Of a stretch of 64,000 nt of DNA, positions 45,680 through 55,066 are shown piece after piece (position 1 is the stretch's first letter; every line of letters starts with the position of its first letter). Under the pieces are notes generated by a model. That model ran no database searches. It saw only the letters and a program-made list of their open reading frames with translations, and had not been told where the DNA came from. The stretch is taken from positions 618,081 through 682,080 of the forward strand of contig WLWS01000002.1 of the NCBI GenBank assembly GCA_012103475.1, given 5' to 3'. The stretch comes from Gammaproteobacteria bacterium. Its GTDB lineage: Bacteria > Pseudomonadota > Gammaproteobacteria > Eutrophobiales > Eutrophobiaceae. The translations under genes and the position numbers were made by a program.

Positions 45680-46318
45680 ATGACTTCTGCTGCACCAAAA
45701 TTACCAGACAACTTCGATCAGGAACTGCAATCCCCGCAGGAGATTGTTGAGTGGGTGGTTGCGCAGGATAAAAATGCGATAGTCACCACCAGTTTTGGCC
45801 CTTTCTCGGCAGTCATGTTACATCTGGCAAGCCAAATCAAAAGCGATATTCCAGTTGTCTGGGTGGATACGGGTTATAACACGCTGGAGACCTACACCTA
45901 CGCCGAACAATTAATCCAGGATTTAAATCTCAATATTCAGGTGTTCACCCCTGAAATGACGGCAGCCAGGCGTAATGCTCTGATGAACGGCATACCTGCT
46001 GTTGATAGCGAATTACACACCGAGTTTACCCGTCAGGTAAAGCTAGAGCCTTTTCAACGTATGCTTGGATCCGTCAAACCGGACTATTGGCTGACAGCAA
46101 TTCGTAAAGATGAAACTGAATTCAGAAAAAGTCTTGATGTTTTTAGTGATGGTCCGGGTGATATTGTCAAAGTAGCACCTTTTCTGAACTGGACAGAGGT
46201 GGATATGGAAGGATATTTGTATGAGCACGATTTGCCGCAGGTAGGTAAATACAAAGATCCAACCAAAGCAGAAGAAAACCGTGAATGTGGTCTGCACACG
46301 ATGGACTATTCAATATAA
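45680..46318 (+). CDS. cysH: Phosphoadenylyl-sulfate (PAPS) reductase
   Basis: 212 aa. PP-loop-like SFGPFSAV, DTGY, and the diagnostic C-terminal ECGLH. It lacks the Fe-S Cys pairs of APS reductases. Confidence 0.85.
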   Translation: MTSAAPKLPDNFDQELQSPQEIVEWVVAQDKNAIVTTSFGPFSAVMLHLASQIKSDIPVVWVDTGYNTLETYTYAEQLIQDLNLNIQVFTPEMTAARRNALMNGIPAVDSELHTEFTRQVKLEPFQRMLGSVKPDYWLTAIRKDETEFRKSLDVFSDGPGDIVKVAPFLNWTEVDMEGYLYEHDLPQVGKYKDPTKAEENRECGLHTMDYSI

Positions 46319-46343
46319 AACAGCTGCAGTCCTTACCTTTGTT

Positions 46344-46601
46344 CTAACCCGTTGTTCCATTATAGCCCCGCGTCGTGTCGTCGGAGACCGTCATCAGGTT
46401 TCTTATCAGCATTTTGGCTTCGTTTATTTCACTACTGCTATCTGAGCTATCTACTTCGACTTCGGCGCAGTTTAGTAAAATAGCGATTTCATCTTTCGTT
46501 AAAATCTGCTTTTTTTCCATAATATCCAGCAAGACCTTAACCATTGCCAATGCGGCAACGCCGTTGCTGTCATTAGTAGAATTATTTTTCGAAAAAATCA
46601 T
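46344..46601 (-). CDS. Hypothetical small acidic protein
   Basis: 85-aa ORF divergent from the SprT-like gene, with no motif. Confidence 0.35.
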   Translation of the reverse strand: MIFSKNNSTNDSNGVAALAMVKVLLDIMEKKQILTKDEIAILLNCAEVEVDSSDSSSEINEAKMLIRNLMTVSDDTTRGYNGTTG

Positions 46602-46722
46602 TAGTAGTTACTCCGCGTGTGCTGTTGATCTTACAGCATCTGATTAATTTATTGTCCTGAATAGTCGGAAGATTTGAACAAAAAGCATCTGATATTTTTA
46701 TATCGTACGATATAATTTATAT

Positions 46723-47496
46723 ATGAATGATAGAACTGGCAGAAATAGTGAACCAACGACGGAGTTTTATCGTTTACTTAGCCAGGCTTTTGAACATTTT
46801 AACGCAGGCTTATTCGGTGGCACCCTTCCCGCTTGCCTCCTTACCGTGCAAAGAGAAACAAATACCATGGGGTATTTTTCACCAGAACGCTGGGGTAATC
46901 GTCGCGGAGAGAGGGTTCATGAAATCGCAATAAACCCGGCCTATTTTGCCTCTCATTCACTTGTGGAAGTATTACAGACACTGGTACACGAGCAATGCCA
47001 TTTATGGCAACAGGTATTCGGTCAAAGGAAAAGCCAATATGGCTACCACAACCGTGAGTGGTCTGGAAAAATGGAATCAATCGGCCTGATTCCAAGCAGA
47101 ACAGGTGCGCCCGGCGGCAAAAAGACCGGCCAGCAAATGTCGGACTATCCACTTTCGGGCGGTCCCTTTCTGAAAGCCTGTGAAGACCTGGTAGCAAAAG
47201 AATTTGAATTGAGCTGGATTGACCGGATTCCCGCCAGTAGAGAATCCAGTCAGATCAGAGAATCAATGGAATTGTCTGAGGTGAATTTCAGCCTTCCCTC
47301 AAACGAAGAAATTTTAGGCGCAAAAATTGAAGCCCTTGTACCGGACATTACTCCTCTGGCTATTGTTGTTGAAGAGAGAGCGCGAAAGAATAAAACCAAA
47401 TACAACTGTCCTTCATGCCTGAACAATATATGGGGTAAACCTGAGCTCAGAATAAAGTGTCTGGACTGTAACCGCGTTTTCGAAGAACACGCTTAG
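46723..47496 (+). CDS. SprT-like zinc metalloprotease domain protein with a C-terminal zinc ribbon
   Basis: 257 aa. HEQCH (HExxH), the YHNREW...GLIPSRTGAPGGKKTGQQMS block, and C-terminal CPSC...CLDC. Confidence 0.75.
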   Translation: MNDRTGRNSEPTTEFYRLLSQAFEHFNAGLFGGTLPACLLTVQRETNTMGYFSPERWGNRRGERVHEIAINPAYFASHSLVEVLQTLVHEQCHLWQQVFGQRKSQYGYHNREWSGKMESIGLIPSRTGAPGGKKTGQQMSDYPLSGGPFLKACEDLVAKEFELSWIDRIPASRESSQIRESMELSEVNFSLPSNEEILGAKIEALVPDITPLAIVVEERARKNKTKYNCPSCLNNIWGKPELRIKCLDCNRVFEEHA

Positions 47497-47499
47497 TAA

Positions 47500-48207
47500 T
47501 CACTTGTTGCGCTGATAAGCAAATTCCCTGTGCATTGCGTGATGAGTACTGTAACCATATTCCTGGAAGTGAGAACTATCCTCTTTGGCAGCCGCAAGCA
47601 CGTCTTCGGTTGCTAAAGCGGCTTTCAACGACGCCAGATCATCGAATACGACCTCATTTCCAATAATGAGTCTTTTGTCTGTCACTTCCCCGGATTCTCG
47701 CCAACCTAGCGGCAGATAACAAAGAACATTGCGAATGTTCGGGAATTTACTGAGTATTGGCGGATGATTTTTGTAGTAGAAATCAGCGAATTGCTGGCCA
47801 TTTGCGACGGGGCCATAGTAGCGAACAACGAATGACAAAGGAGCCGTTCGTGCAGGCGCTTCGGTCATACCGGGTAATCCGAAATTCATGACTTCTGTGA
47901 TTTCCAGCTTAAGTTCATCTATACCAGGACCGATTTCCTTTTTGTTTAAAAACTGTTGCTTAAAACTGGCAGATTCCGTCAAGGCTTTAGCCTCCTCGAC
48001 GTCATTGAGATCAATCTGAACAATGATTGAAGGCGAAGGCACATCATCCCATACCGGAACATCTCCAGGTTCAGGAGTATAAATTTCAACCGAACTTACT
48101 GAATCGTTAGTCCTAAGACTGTCCAGTGGCACGCCTCTGAAGTAGCTATCTAAATCAGTGACGGACATACCAGTCGACCATATGGTCACAAAGATGGCTA
48201 TTTTCAT
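47500..48207 (-). CDS. Hypothetical protein (possibly a tandem EthD-like alpha/beta barrel)
   Basis: 235-aa ORF. The family suggestion is weak and from pattern only. Confidence 0.45.
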   Translation of the reverse strand: MKIAIFVTIWSTGMSVTDLDSYFRGVPLDSLRTNDSVSSVEIYTPEPGDVPVWDDVPSPSIIVQIDLNDVEEAKALTESASFKQQFLNKKEIGPGIDELKLEITEVMNFGLPGMTEAPARTAPLSFVVRYYGPVANGQQFADFYYKNHPPILSKFPNIRNVLCYLPLGWRESGEVTDKRLIIGNEVVFDDLASLKAALATEDVLAAAKEDSSHFQEYGYSTHHAMHREFAYQRNK

Positions 48208-48431
48208 TTACTCTCCTCCGCAGGGTTTTTATTGAGTCTTAAGATTCCCGACTATAACGAAGATGGTTACTGCAACCAAGTAATTACCAAATTTACTGTC
48301 TGTATTTAGAGTCTTGACACTAATAAAAAGAATTCCTCAGCAAGTAGGCCATTGGAAGCTAAATGATAACTTGTATACTGGCGCCCAAATTTTAACAAGC
48401 AACAATACACAATAGATTTTTCGAGTTATCG

Positions 48432-48689
48432 ATGAAATTACCTGCATTACATCTGAACAGAAAGACCATGGTTGAACTGCTGCGACTGTCATTGCCGATG
48501 GTCGTATCTCAGGGTGCCTTCGCTGTGATGATTTTTACTGATCGCTACTTTATGTCACAGATCGAACCGGTGCAGATGGCCGCCGCACTCGGAGGCGGTG
48601 TCGCCTCGTTTTTTTCTATTTCACTCTTTTTGGCTATGTCATGCTCTGCTCTTCGATTCATTATACTCGACTCCTTTATAGCTCAATAA
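48432..48689 (+). pseudogene. Remnant of a MATE-family efflux transporter gene (N-terminal ~70 codons only)
   Basis: LRLSLPMVVSQGAFAVMIFTDRYFMSQIEPVQMAAALGGGVASFF matches the first two TM helices of NorM-type MATE proteins. The reading frame then degenerates and stops after 85 codons, against the roughly 450 aa expected. Confidence 0.6.
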
Positions 48690-49140
48690 CAGTATAAACT
48701 GTCTACCTAAGTCGAGATTTTCATACAGCCTGGATAACAGATGGGCTACGAATTCAGGCTCATCTTTATACAGCTTAACCGGTTCAAATGATGACCCCGC
48801 CTTTCTGAGTGAAGATTTTCTGAATTCCGGTATATTTCGCGACGGTCAGGAAGTTGCCGTGGATACGGGTAGTTCATCGACGACTTTACTCAATAGCAAC
48901 TTAACCTCATTTGGCACAACTGCAACCAGCATTACTTTTGGTCTCGATGTGACAGGCACTTCTCTTCAGGGAGCCAGCTCCATTGGTCTGCACTGGGGTA
49001 TGACTTGTGGTAATGACACAATTGAAGGCGCCTATGACGTGCCGGAACCAGCCAGCATTATTATGATTCTATTAGGCCTGGTATGTCTGTTCAGCTTCAC
49101 CCAACGACGCAGACTAACAGCGACGAGTAATGTTTCATAA
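48682..49140 (+). pseudogene. Remnant of a PEP-CTERM protein gene (C-terminal part, no signal peptide or ATG)
   Basis: The C-terminus VPEPASIIMILLGLVCLFSFTQRRR is a PEP-CTERM sorting signal. The frame is open from 48682 but has no ATG and no N-terminal signal sequence. The track start is a GTG at 48859. Confidence 0.55.
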
Positions 49141-49160
49141 AGCTTAGCTAAACTAGTACT

Positions 49161-49190
49161 AAAAAAGGCCGTCATTGACGGCTTTTTTTT
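49161..49190. terminator. Bidirectional rho-independent terminator
   Basis: AAAAAA-G-GCCGTC-ATT-GACGGC-TTTTTTTT. It lies between the PEP-CTERM remnant (+) and the EAL-HDOD gene (-), which are convergent. Confidence 0.7.
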
Positions 49191-49220
49191 CACCCGAAAA
49201 ACTCCACCCCTTATCAGTTA

Positions 49221-50459
49221 TTAATTCCCCAGGCTTCCCTGTGATTCCCGAGACCAGATTATCGCTTCCATATGAATCCTGTTGATTGAATTTGCGTCGA
49301 TATCCGGATTCCAGCCGGCAGGCGTGTTTTTGTCAAAGGCAATACAGTATTCAAGGATTTTCCCCAACTCACCTTGCCTGTTTATCAGCCCATCCAGCAT
49401 TTCCTCACTGACGGGTAGTCTATCCAGGATTTCCGGCATAGGTCTGTCCAGTAAGGCATCAAGAATTGAAAACATGCCAAGCATAAAGAAACGTTCACTG
49501 TCTGGATAGGCTAGCTCAATGGCAAGTAACTCACACATTTTCGCTCTGATTAATCCGGTTGTGAGTAATTCAGAGGGCTTGTCACCAAGGTCCGTCATTG
49601 CCAACAAAGTAACCCAGTTTTTCAGTCGTTGTAATCCAAAATAAACTACCACCTGACGAATTGAGTTGACCTTTTTCGGTAAAGATAAAGAAGCAGAATT
49701 AATGTATCGAAGCAGCTTATAACTCAGCGTCACATTCTGTGCGACCAGAGACTCAATTTCGCTAACATCGATTTCAGGATCCTGTAAGCGTGCAATCAGA
49801 TTCAATAGGGCAACTTGATTATCTGGCATCTTGTTACCTGAAACTACTTTAGGTTTTTCAAAAAAATAGCCCTGGTAGTAATCAAATCCCAGCGCTTTCA
49901 AGTGTTCAAATTCCTCGTGCGTTTCAACTTTCTCCGCGAGCAGCTTGAGATCGTATTGTTTCACGTGCTCAAGCTCCCTATCCAGCGCGGAAAGACCAAG
50001 GCTCATCACATCAAACTTGATAATATCTGCCAAGGGTATGATGGGATCCCAATGCGGACTGTATTCAAAATCATCCAGCGCAATGATATAGCCTAACCCG
50101 GATAGCTTTTCAATTTCCTGTATCAGTTTTTCGTCGACAAGCATGTCTTCGAGAACTTCAACAACGATTCTCTCTGTTGGCAGCATATGCACTGTATCGT
50201 TAAGGAGCGAGTCTCGTGTAAAGTTAACAAAGGCGAGTTTCTCCCCTACGAGTGAATCAAGCCCTATATCAACCAGAGAATTTATGAGCACTTGAGCTGT
50301 CGCTCGATTGCCATCAAGAATTTCGGCGGCATTTTCCTGCCCAGAGCGAAACAGCAATTCATAGGCATAAGTATTTCCATGCGTATCAAGAATGGCCTGC
50401 CTGCCAACAAATATTTGAGCGTCTGACTCTTGTTCGAGCTTCAATACCGATTCCCCCAC
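49221..50459 (-). CDS. EAL plus HDOD domain signalling protein
   Basis: 412 aa. N-terminal EAL-type domain (YELLFR variant) and a C-terminal HDOD-like region. Confidence 0.8.
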   Translation of the reverse strand: MGESVLKLEQESDAQIFVGRQAILDTHGNTYAYELLFRSGQENAAEILDGNRATAQVLINSLVDIGLDSLVGEKLAFVNFTRDSLLNDTVHMLPTERIVVEVLEDMLVDEKLIQEIEKLSGLGYIIALDDFEYSPHWDPIIPLADIIKFDVMSLGLSALDRELEHVKQYDLKLLAEKVETHEEFEHLKALGFDYYQGYFFEKPKVVSGNKMPDNQVALLNLIARLQDPEIDVSEIESLVAQNVTLSYKLLRYINSASLSLPKKVNSIRQVVVYFGLQRLKNWVTLLAMTDLGDKPSELLTTGLIRAKMCELLAIELAYPDSERFFMLGMFSILDALLDRPMPEILDRLPVSEEMLDGLINRQGELGKILEYCIAFDKNTPAGWNPDIDANSINRIHMEAIIWSRESQGSLGN

Positions 50460-50644
50460 ATCTTCTCTCCTGATTATCTCCTATGTGTTTCGGCCTCTTC
50501 CCTCCAAAACTTTATTATTAACAATCTCTTATACTCTAACTAATAATTTAAAGATTACGACCCCGGATGCCGATACATCATTAGTGATGACTATAAGGTG
50601 AGGACCTTTGAGTCTTTCAATAAGCTGGCTTTTTAAGGATATAA

Positions 50645-52165
50645 ATGCAGATTATGAATGACCAAGCCACAAAAGAAATCCAGATAGAGTTCAAAACTCT
50701 CGCTGAAGATGCGCCGGTAATGTTGTGGCTAACGGATATCAATGGAGAAATAATTTATTCGAATAGCAGATGGAAAGAGTTTATCGGCGCGGAAAAAGTT
50801 AAGGCAGATGGCGGCAATGCCTGGTACCAAGCTCTCCATCCTGAAGATCAAGAGCGTTGTCTTGAAGTATTTAAACGCTCATTCTCGTCTCATCGGCCTT
50901 TCGAAATGGAGTATCGTCTAAAGCGTCTCGATGGACAATTTCGCAATATGCTGGATACAGGTGAACCTTATATCTCTGAAGATGGTAAGTTTTCAGGATA
51001 CATCGGTTCCTCTGCCGATATAACTGAACAGAGGTGCTCTGAGCAACGACTGCAGCAGTCGCATCAGGAAATGGAGCTTCATAATATCGAAATGGCTTTA
51101 GTGAATAAACTAAACTCATTCTTGCAGATATGCCGCACACTCGAAGAGACCTACCCGGTAATGCTCCACTATGCTCAGGAACTATTCCCGGACTGTGCCG
51201 GTTCCATCTATCTTCTAAATGAGTCGAAGACCACTGTTGAGTCCGTCGTGTCCTGGAGTCCGAACAACGAAGTGCAAATTCCAGTAATTATTCCAGATGA
51301 ATGCTGGGCACTTCGACAGGGTAAACCTCATGTAGTATTAGAATTCGAACACGCATTGAATTGCCAGCACCTGCAGAAAGTTCCCGAATTTGGTTATATG
51401 TGTGTGCCGATCATTGCCCAGGGTGACATGCTGGGAATGATCCATCTGCAGTTCCCGGAGATTACAGACAAAAGTCTTAATGTCACCGAACGCAGCAAAC
51501 TACTTGAGTCCAGACGAAGACTCGTCTACATGACCGCTGACAATCTGGCTTTGTCTCTTGTCAGTCTGAAGTTGCGTGAGGCACTGAAAACTCAGTCCAT
51601 TCGAGATCCTCTGACAGGATTGTACAATCGTCGATACATGGAAGAGTCACTGGAACGGGAATACTCTCTCTACATTCGGAATGAGAAAAGCCTCGGTGTT
51701 ATCATGCTCGATATCGATCACTTCAAAAAGTATAACGATAAATTCGGGCACGACGTGGGTGACAAAATTCTTTCAGAATTAGGAAACCTTCTTAAAAATC
51801 GTTTAAGAAAGAGTGATATTTCCTGTCGTTATGGTGGAGAAGAATTCATTTTGATTTTACCTACTGCACCAGTAACAATACTCGAACAAAGAGCCGAAGA
51901 AATTCGTAATGACATCAGCAACTTATCTATATCTTTTCAGTGTGAGATATTCAATGAAATCACTGTATCACTGGGAGTTGCGGTTACTCCAATGCATGCT
52001 GATTCTGCGACGCAACTTGTAAAAGCCGCCGACGAAGCCCTTTATCAAGCCAAAAATACTGGCCGAAATAAAGTTGTTATTGCAAAGGACCTTTGTCAGC
52101 GAAGCCCGAAAAATGTGACTATAAAGAAAAAAACAAACAACAAACCTGGTGTTGTCTCTGCCTGA
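50645..52165 (+). CDS. PAS-GAF-GGDEF diguanylate cyclase
   Basis: 506 aa. PAS (WLTDINGEIIYSN...), a central GAF-like region, an active-site GGEEF, and an RKSD I-site five residues upstream. Confidence 0.85.
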   Translation: MQIMNDQATKEIQIEFKTLAEDAPVMLWLTDINGEIIYSNSRWKEFIGAEKVKADGGNAWYQALHPEDQERCLEVFKRSFSSHRPFEMEYRLKRLDGQFRNMLDTGEPYISEDGKFSGYIGSSADITEQRCSEQRLQQSHQEMELHNIEMALVNKLNSFLQICRTLEETYPVMLHYAQELFPDCAGSIYLLNESKTTVESVVSWSPNNEVQIPVIIPDECWALRQGKPHVVLEFEHALNCQHLQKVPEFGYMCVPIIAQGDMLGMIHLQFPEITDKSLNVTERSKLLESRRRLVYMTADNLALSLVSLKLREALKTQSIRDPLTGLYNRRYMEESLEREYSLYIRNEKSLGVIMLDIDHFKKYNDKFGHDVGDKILSELGNLLKNRLRKSDISCRYGGEEFILILPTAPVTILEQRAEEIRNDISNLSISFQCEIFNEITVSLGVAVTPMHADSATQLVKAADEALYQAKNTGRNKVVIAKDLCQRSPKNVTIKKKTNNKPGVVSA

Positions 52166-52173
52166 TCAGCCCT

Positions 52174-53064
52174 TCAGGTGTTTTGTTGCAGGAATCTAAT
52201 AGCCGTTGAGCCAAACCATGAAAATGATTCTCCATCAACAATTGCGCTGGGATAGTTCAAACTTTTAAGTTCTTCTGTTTTTTTATCAAAAGGAAAAGGT
52301 TCGCTGGAAAAAAGCAGCAAAGTACTCTTTTCATCGTAATCTTCAAGTACTATTTTCGGGTATTTCGTTTCGAATTTCGGAATTAGGCCGGGAAATCCAA
52401 GATAATCAAACATGGATCCTATAAAAGTATCTACAGATACGCACATCCAGGGATCTCTCCAGATCATATACAATATCTTATTGACCTCTTGTTCCGGTTG
52501 CTTTAACCACTCGATTACCCCTGGTAATTTTTCCAGACCAAAAGAGCGTTGAGGACGAGCAAGCATCGTATCCAGTTCAAAAATTAAAGTGTTGAGCTTT
52601 TTACTTTTTAAAAGAATGTTCAGACGTATGAGTTCGCTGAGCAAACTTTCCAGACTGATAACATCACTACTGAATATGGGTAGTTCTAACTGTTCAAGGA
52701 ATTCGAATGGATTTTCCTGCTTATCCAGAATGGCCAAATCAGCATTGAGACCAGCGAGTTTTTCAGCTTTAAGAGTTTTCGTTCCACCCACTACAGGAAT
52801 ATCTGCAATTTTTTCTGCGGGATTTATACAGAATCGGGTTCGTCCGACTACTTTAACATCGCATTCGAGCAGAGTATCCGTCCAGGAAGGTACCAGGCTG
52901 ATTACCTTCTTATCATTGCTAAAATCGTAGGGGCAATTCCGACAGTCATTGTCACAGCAGTAACCGCGCTCCTGCAAATAATATTTCGTCCATACATAGA
53001 GCCCGTTTTCAATGGTGTAGTGTTCTCCCTCAACCAGATCGATGTTGTTTGTGCTCGACTTCAT
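52174..53064 (-). CDS. Fusion of a Cys-rich DUF5522-like N-terminal motif with a TroA/BtuF-like helical-backbone metal/cobalamin receptor domain; no signal peptide
   Basis: 296 aa. YCCDNDCRNCPY is followed by VISLVPSWTDTLLE...VVGRTRFC...VGGTK...LNADLAILD, a BtuF/TroA-type pattern. Confidence 0.55.
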   Translation of the reverse strand: MKSSTNNIDLVEGEHYTIENGLYVWTKYYLQERGYCCDNDCRNCPYDFSNDKKVISLVPSWTDTLLECDVKVVGRTRFCINPAEKIADIPVVGGTKTLKAEKLAGLNADLAILDKQENPFEFLEQLELPIFSSDVISLESLLSELIRLNILLKSKKLNTLIFELDTMLARPQRSFGLEKLPGVIEWLKQPEQEVNKILYMIWRDPWMCVSVDTFIGSMFDYLGFPGLIPKFETKYPKIVLEDYDEKSTLLLFSSEPFPFDKKTEELKSLNYPSAIVDGESFSWFGSTAIRFLQQNT

Positions 53065-53068
53065 TCGA

Positions 53069-55063
53069 TCAGGGTGTATACCAGATTGGTGATGACCAGG
53101 CTCGCTCCTGAATGCTGGCTTCGACGTTATCGAAAAGAGCTTTATTCTCCCTTATTGCTTCATAAGTACTCCAGCGACAACTGGGGTTTTCCAACACTCG
53201 CAAATAATAAAGAGCCTGCTCTTTCAATTCGAACTCTGGATCGCGCCATCTTCCGATCAATTCACTCGCTCCTTTGTCACTGCTGACACTACAATCATCG
53301 AGATTCACCTTTGCACCATTGTCTGGACATCTCAATGTTTCCGCATCTGGTACCAGTCCATCTGCGCAGGCGACGTCATAGGTCAACTCTTGTTTGGTTC
53401 CGTTTTCATTTACCCAGGCTTTGACAATCTGTACACGTTGCAAGCGGTTTCCATCGCCGGCCTGCATCGCCCAGAACAAAAATTCTGGTGCCTCGATTCC
53501 GGATGGTGCAGGCAGGTCAGCGCCCATTGGCACACCTTTCTGATAACCGACATTCACAATATTCTCAGCAGTATCAGTGTCGCCAGAGAAATCCCAGCCT
53601 CCGAAAAACCTCAGAATCATCCTGGTACCGCTGGTTGCGAAGGTTTCCTTCCGTTTAAGCGCTGAGAAAATACTATCACGGGTATTTTCCTCCGCCCAGA
53701 CTCCGGCCAGACCACCCGAACCTTTCATTCGATGTGCGCTGAATTCCTTTACTGCCGGGAGTTCTTCCCTCACTTCCGGGCTACCATCTTCGGCGCCATG
53801 ATGACCTACATAGTTTCTCTCATCCGTAGCTCCCGGGGTGCCATTATGAGTGTCCGTACTGCCTATCAAGCCGAATTTGTAAGGATTAGTGCCATGCTTT
53901 TGTTGATACTGCAATCCTGTTTTTAGCGCATTGCGAATATAGCTGTTTTCCCAGATACATCCTTGCGGTTTGCCACTCGCATCACAAACTTCATAGCAGT
54001 TCGATTCTGCTTCTATCTCGTCTTCTGTACAGATCTTACGGCGATTAAGTTTCTCATAAGCACAAAACTCGTCATTAGTTGCAACGCCGGTATGACATTC
54101 TGATTCGCCTTTCGCCTGAATTATTTCTGCGAGCGGTTCAAGTCGGCCGCGCAGTTTTGCCAGTTCAAGAGTTTCAGGCTGACCGTCAAGTTCTGGAAAT
54201 TGCTGCCCATTACTTTGATTTGAATTGTGCGGTATTGCCAGAAGCTCACAGGGCGGATTACATTGTGAGTCGAGTGCTTGCCAGAGTAGTTCAGGTGTAT
54301 TGGCATCATAATGACTCACTGGTAGCTCAAGCACATTTTTATTACGAAAAATTATATTTCGGTGCAGATTGTTCCCCAGAGGGTTACCGGTCCATTCATA
54401 AGCAACAAAAGTTGTAAACTCACCGTCAATATTATGTGTATTTGATATCTCCTGTAATTCCTGCCAGACGCTACGTGCTCGTTGCAGGCATTGCTTACCG
54501 CCTTCCGGACAGATACTCGTATTACGCTGCGGATCAACTGCGAGCACACTGGGAATAATCAGTTTCTTGAATACTTCTGATACCAGTGAGCGTTCCTGTT
54601 TTTCGTTTCGAATATCGCGACATAAGGGGATGTTATATTGCGCAGTACTCTCATCCAGACACAAAGAAAGCTCACCAAGGTACTCACCATGTTCCGTCAC
54701 GGCAGCAAAATCAAGAGGAGTAGTCAGTTTGAGTTTACGACCACCGGAAATAGTTACTTCTTCGCCTTTCGCAAAGCGATAAGCCTTGTCCGGATCGACC
54801 GGATTGAAATTGATATAACTGTCGAGCGAATAGGCAGCGTGTACGTGAAGATCGCCAAAGTAGGGATTACGCGAAGGTGGGTTTGAAAGTTTTTCATTCG
54901 CGTTTTTATCGACAATTGCGGGAGAAGGATCTGCTGCTCCATTTGTAGTAGGCGCCTGCTCATCGCTACATGACAGGAGTACACTTATAAACATTAAGCT
55001 TATCAGTCTGAAAAAGTATTTTTCAGTCAGGGAGTCCGCTGAAAGCCAGTAACTTTTATTCAT
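53069..55063 (-). CDS. DUF3604-family lipoprotein (PHP-like metal-dependent hydrolase fold, function unknown)
   Basis: 664 aa. Lipobox LLSC and N-terminal YFGDLHVHAAYSLDSY. The family assignment is from memory. Confidence 0.65.
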   Translation of the reverse strand: MNKSYWLSADSLTEKYFFRLISLMFISVLLSCSDEQAPTTNGAADPSPAIVDKNANEKLSNPPSRNPYFGDLHVHAAYSLDSYINFNPVDPDKAYRFAKGEEVTISGGRKLKLTTPLDFAAVTEHGEYLGELSLCLDESTAQYNIPLCRDIRNEKQERSLVSEVFKKLIIPSVLAVDPQRNTSICPEGGKQCLQRARSVWQELQEISNTHNIDGEFTTFVAYEWTGNPLGNNLHRNIIFRNKNVLELPVSHYDANTPELLWQALDSQCNPPCELLAIPHNSNQSNGQQFPELDGQPETLELAKLRGRLEPLAEIIQAKGESECHTGVATNDEFCAYEKLNRRKICTEDEIEAESNCYEVCDASGKPQGCIWENSYIRNALKTGLQYQQKHGTNPYKFGLIGSTDTHNGTPGATDERNYVGHHGAEDGSPEVREELPAVKEFSAHRMKGSGGLAGVWAEENTRDSIFSALKRKETFATSGTRMILRFFGGWDFSGDTDTAENIVNVGYQKGVPMGADLPAPSGIEAPEFLFWAMQAGDGNRLQRVQIVKAWVNENGTKQELTYDVACADGLVPDAETLRCPDNGAKVNLDDCSVSSDKGASELIGRWRDPEFELKEQALYYLRVLENPSCRWSTYEAIRENKALFDNVEASIQERAWSSPIWYTP

Positions 55064-55066
55064 TTG

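Noticed and set aside
45235-45750. 171-aa plus-strand ORF bridging the secreted-protein gene, the intergenic region and the cysH start
   Set aside because: Its first half is antisense to the 44874..45467 gene. The rest is AT-rich intergenic sequence, and its end overlaps cysH in another frame.
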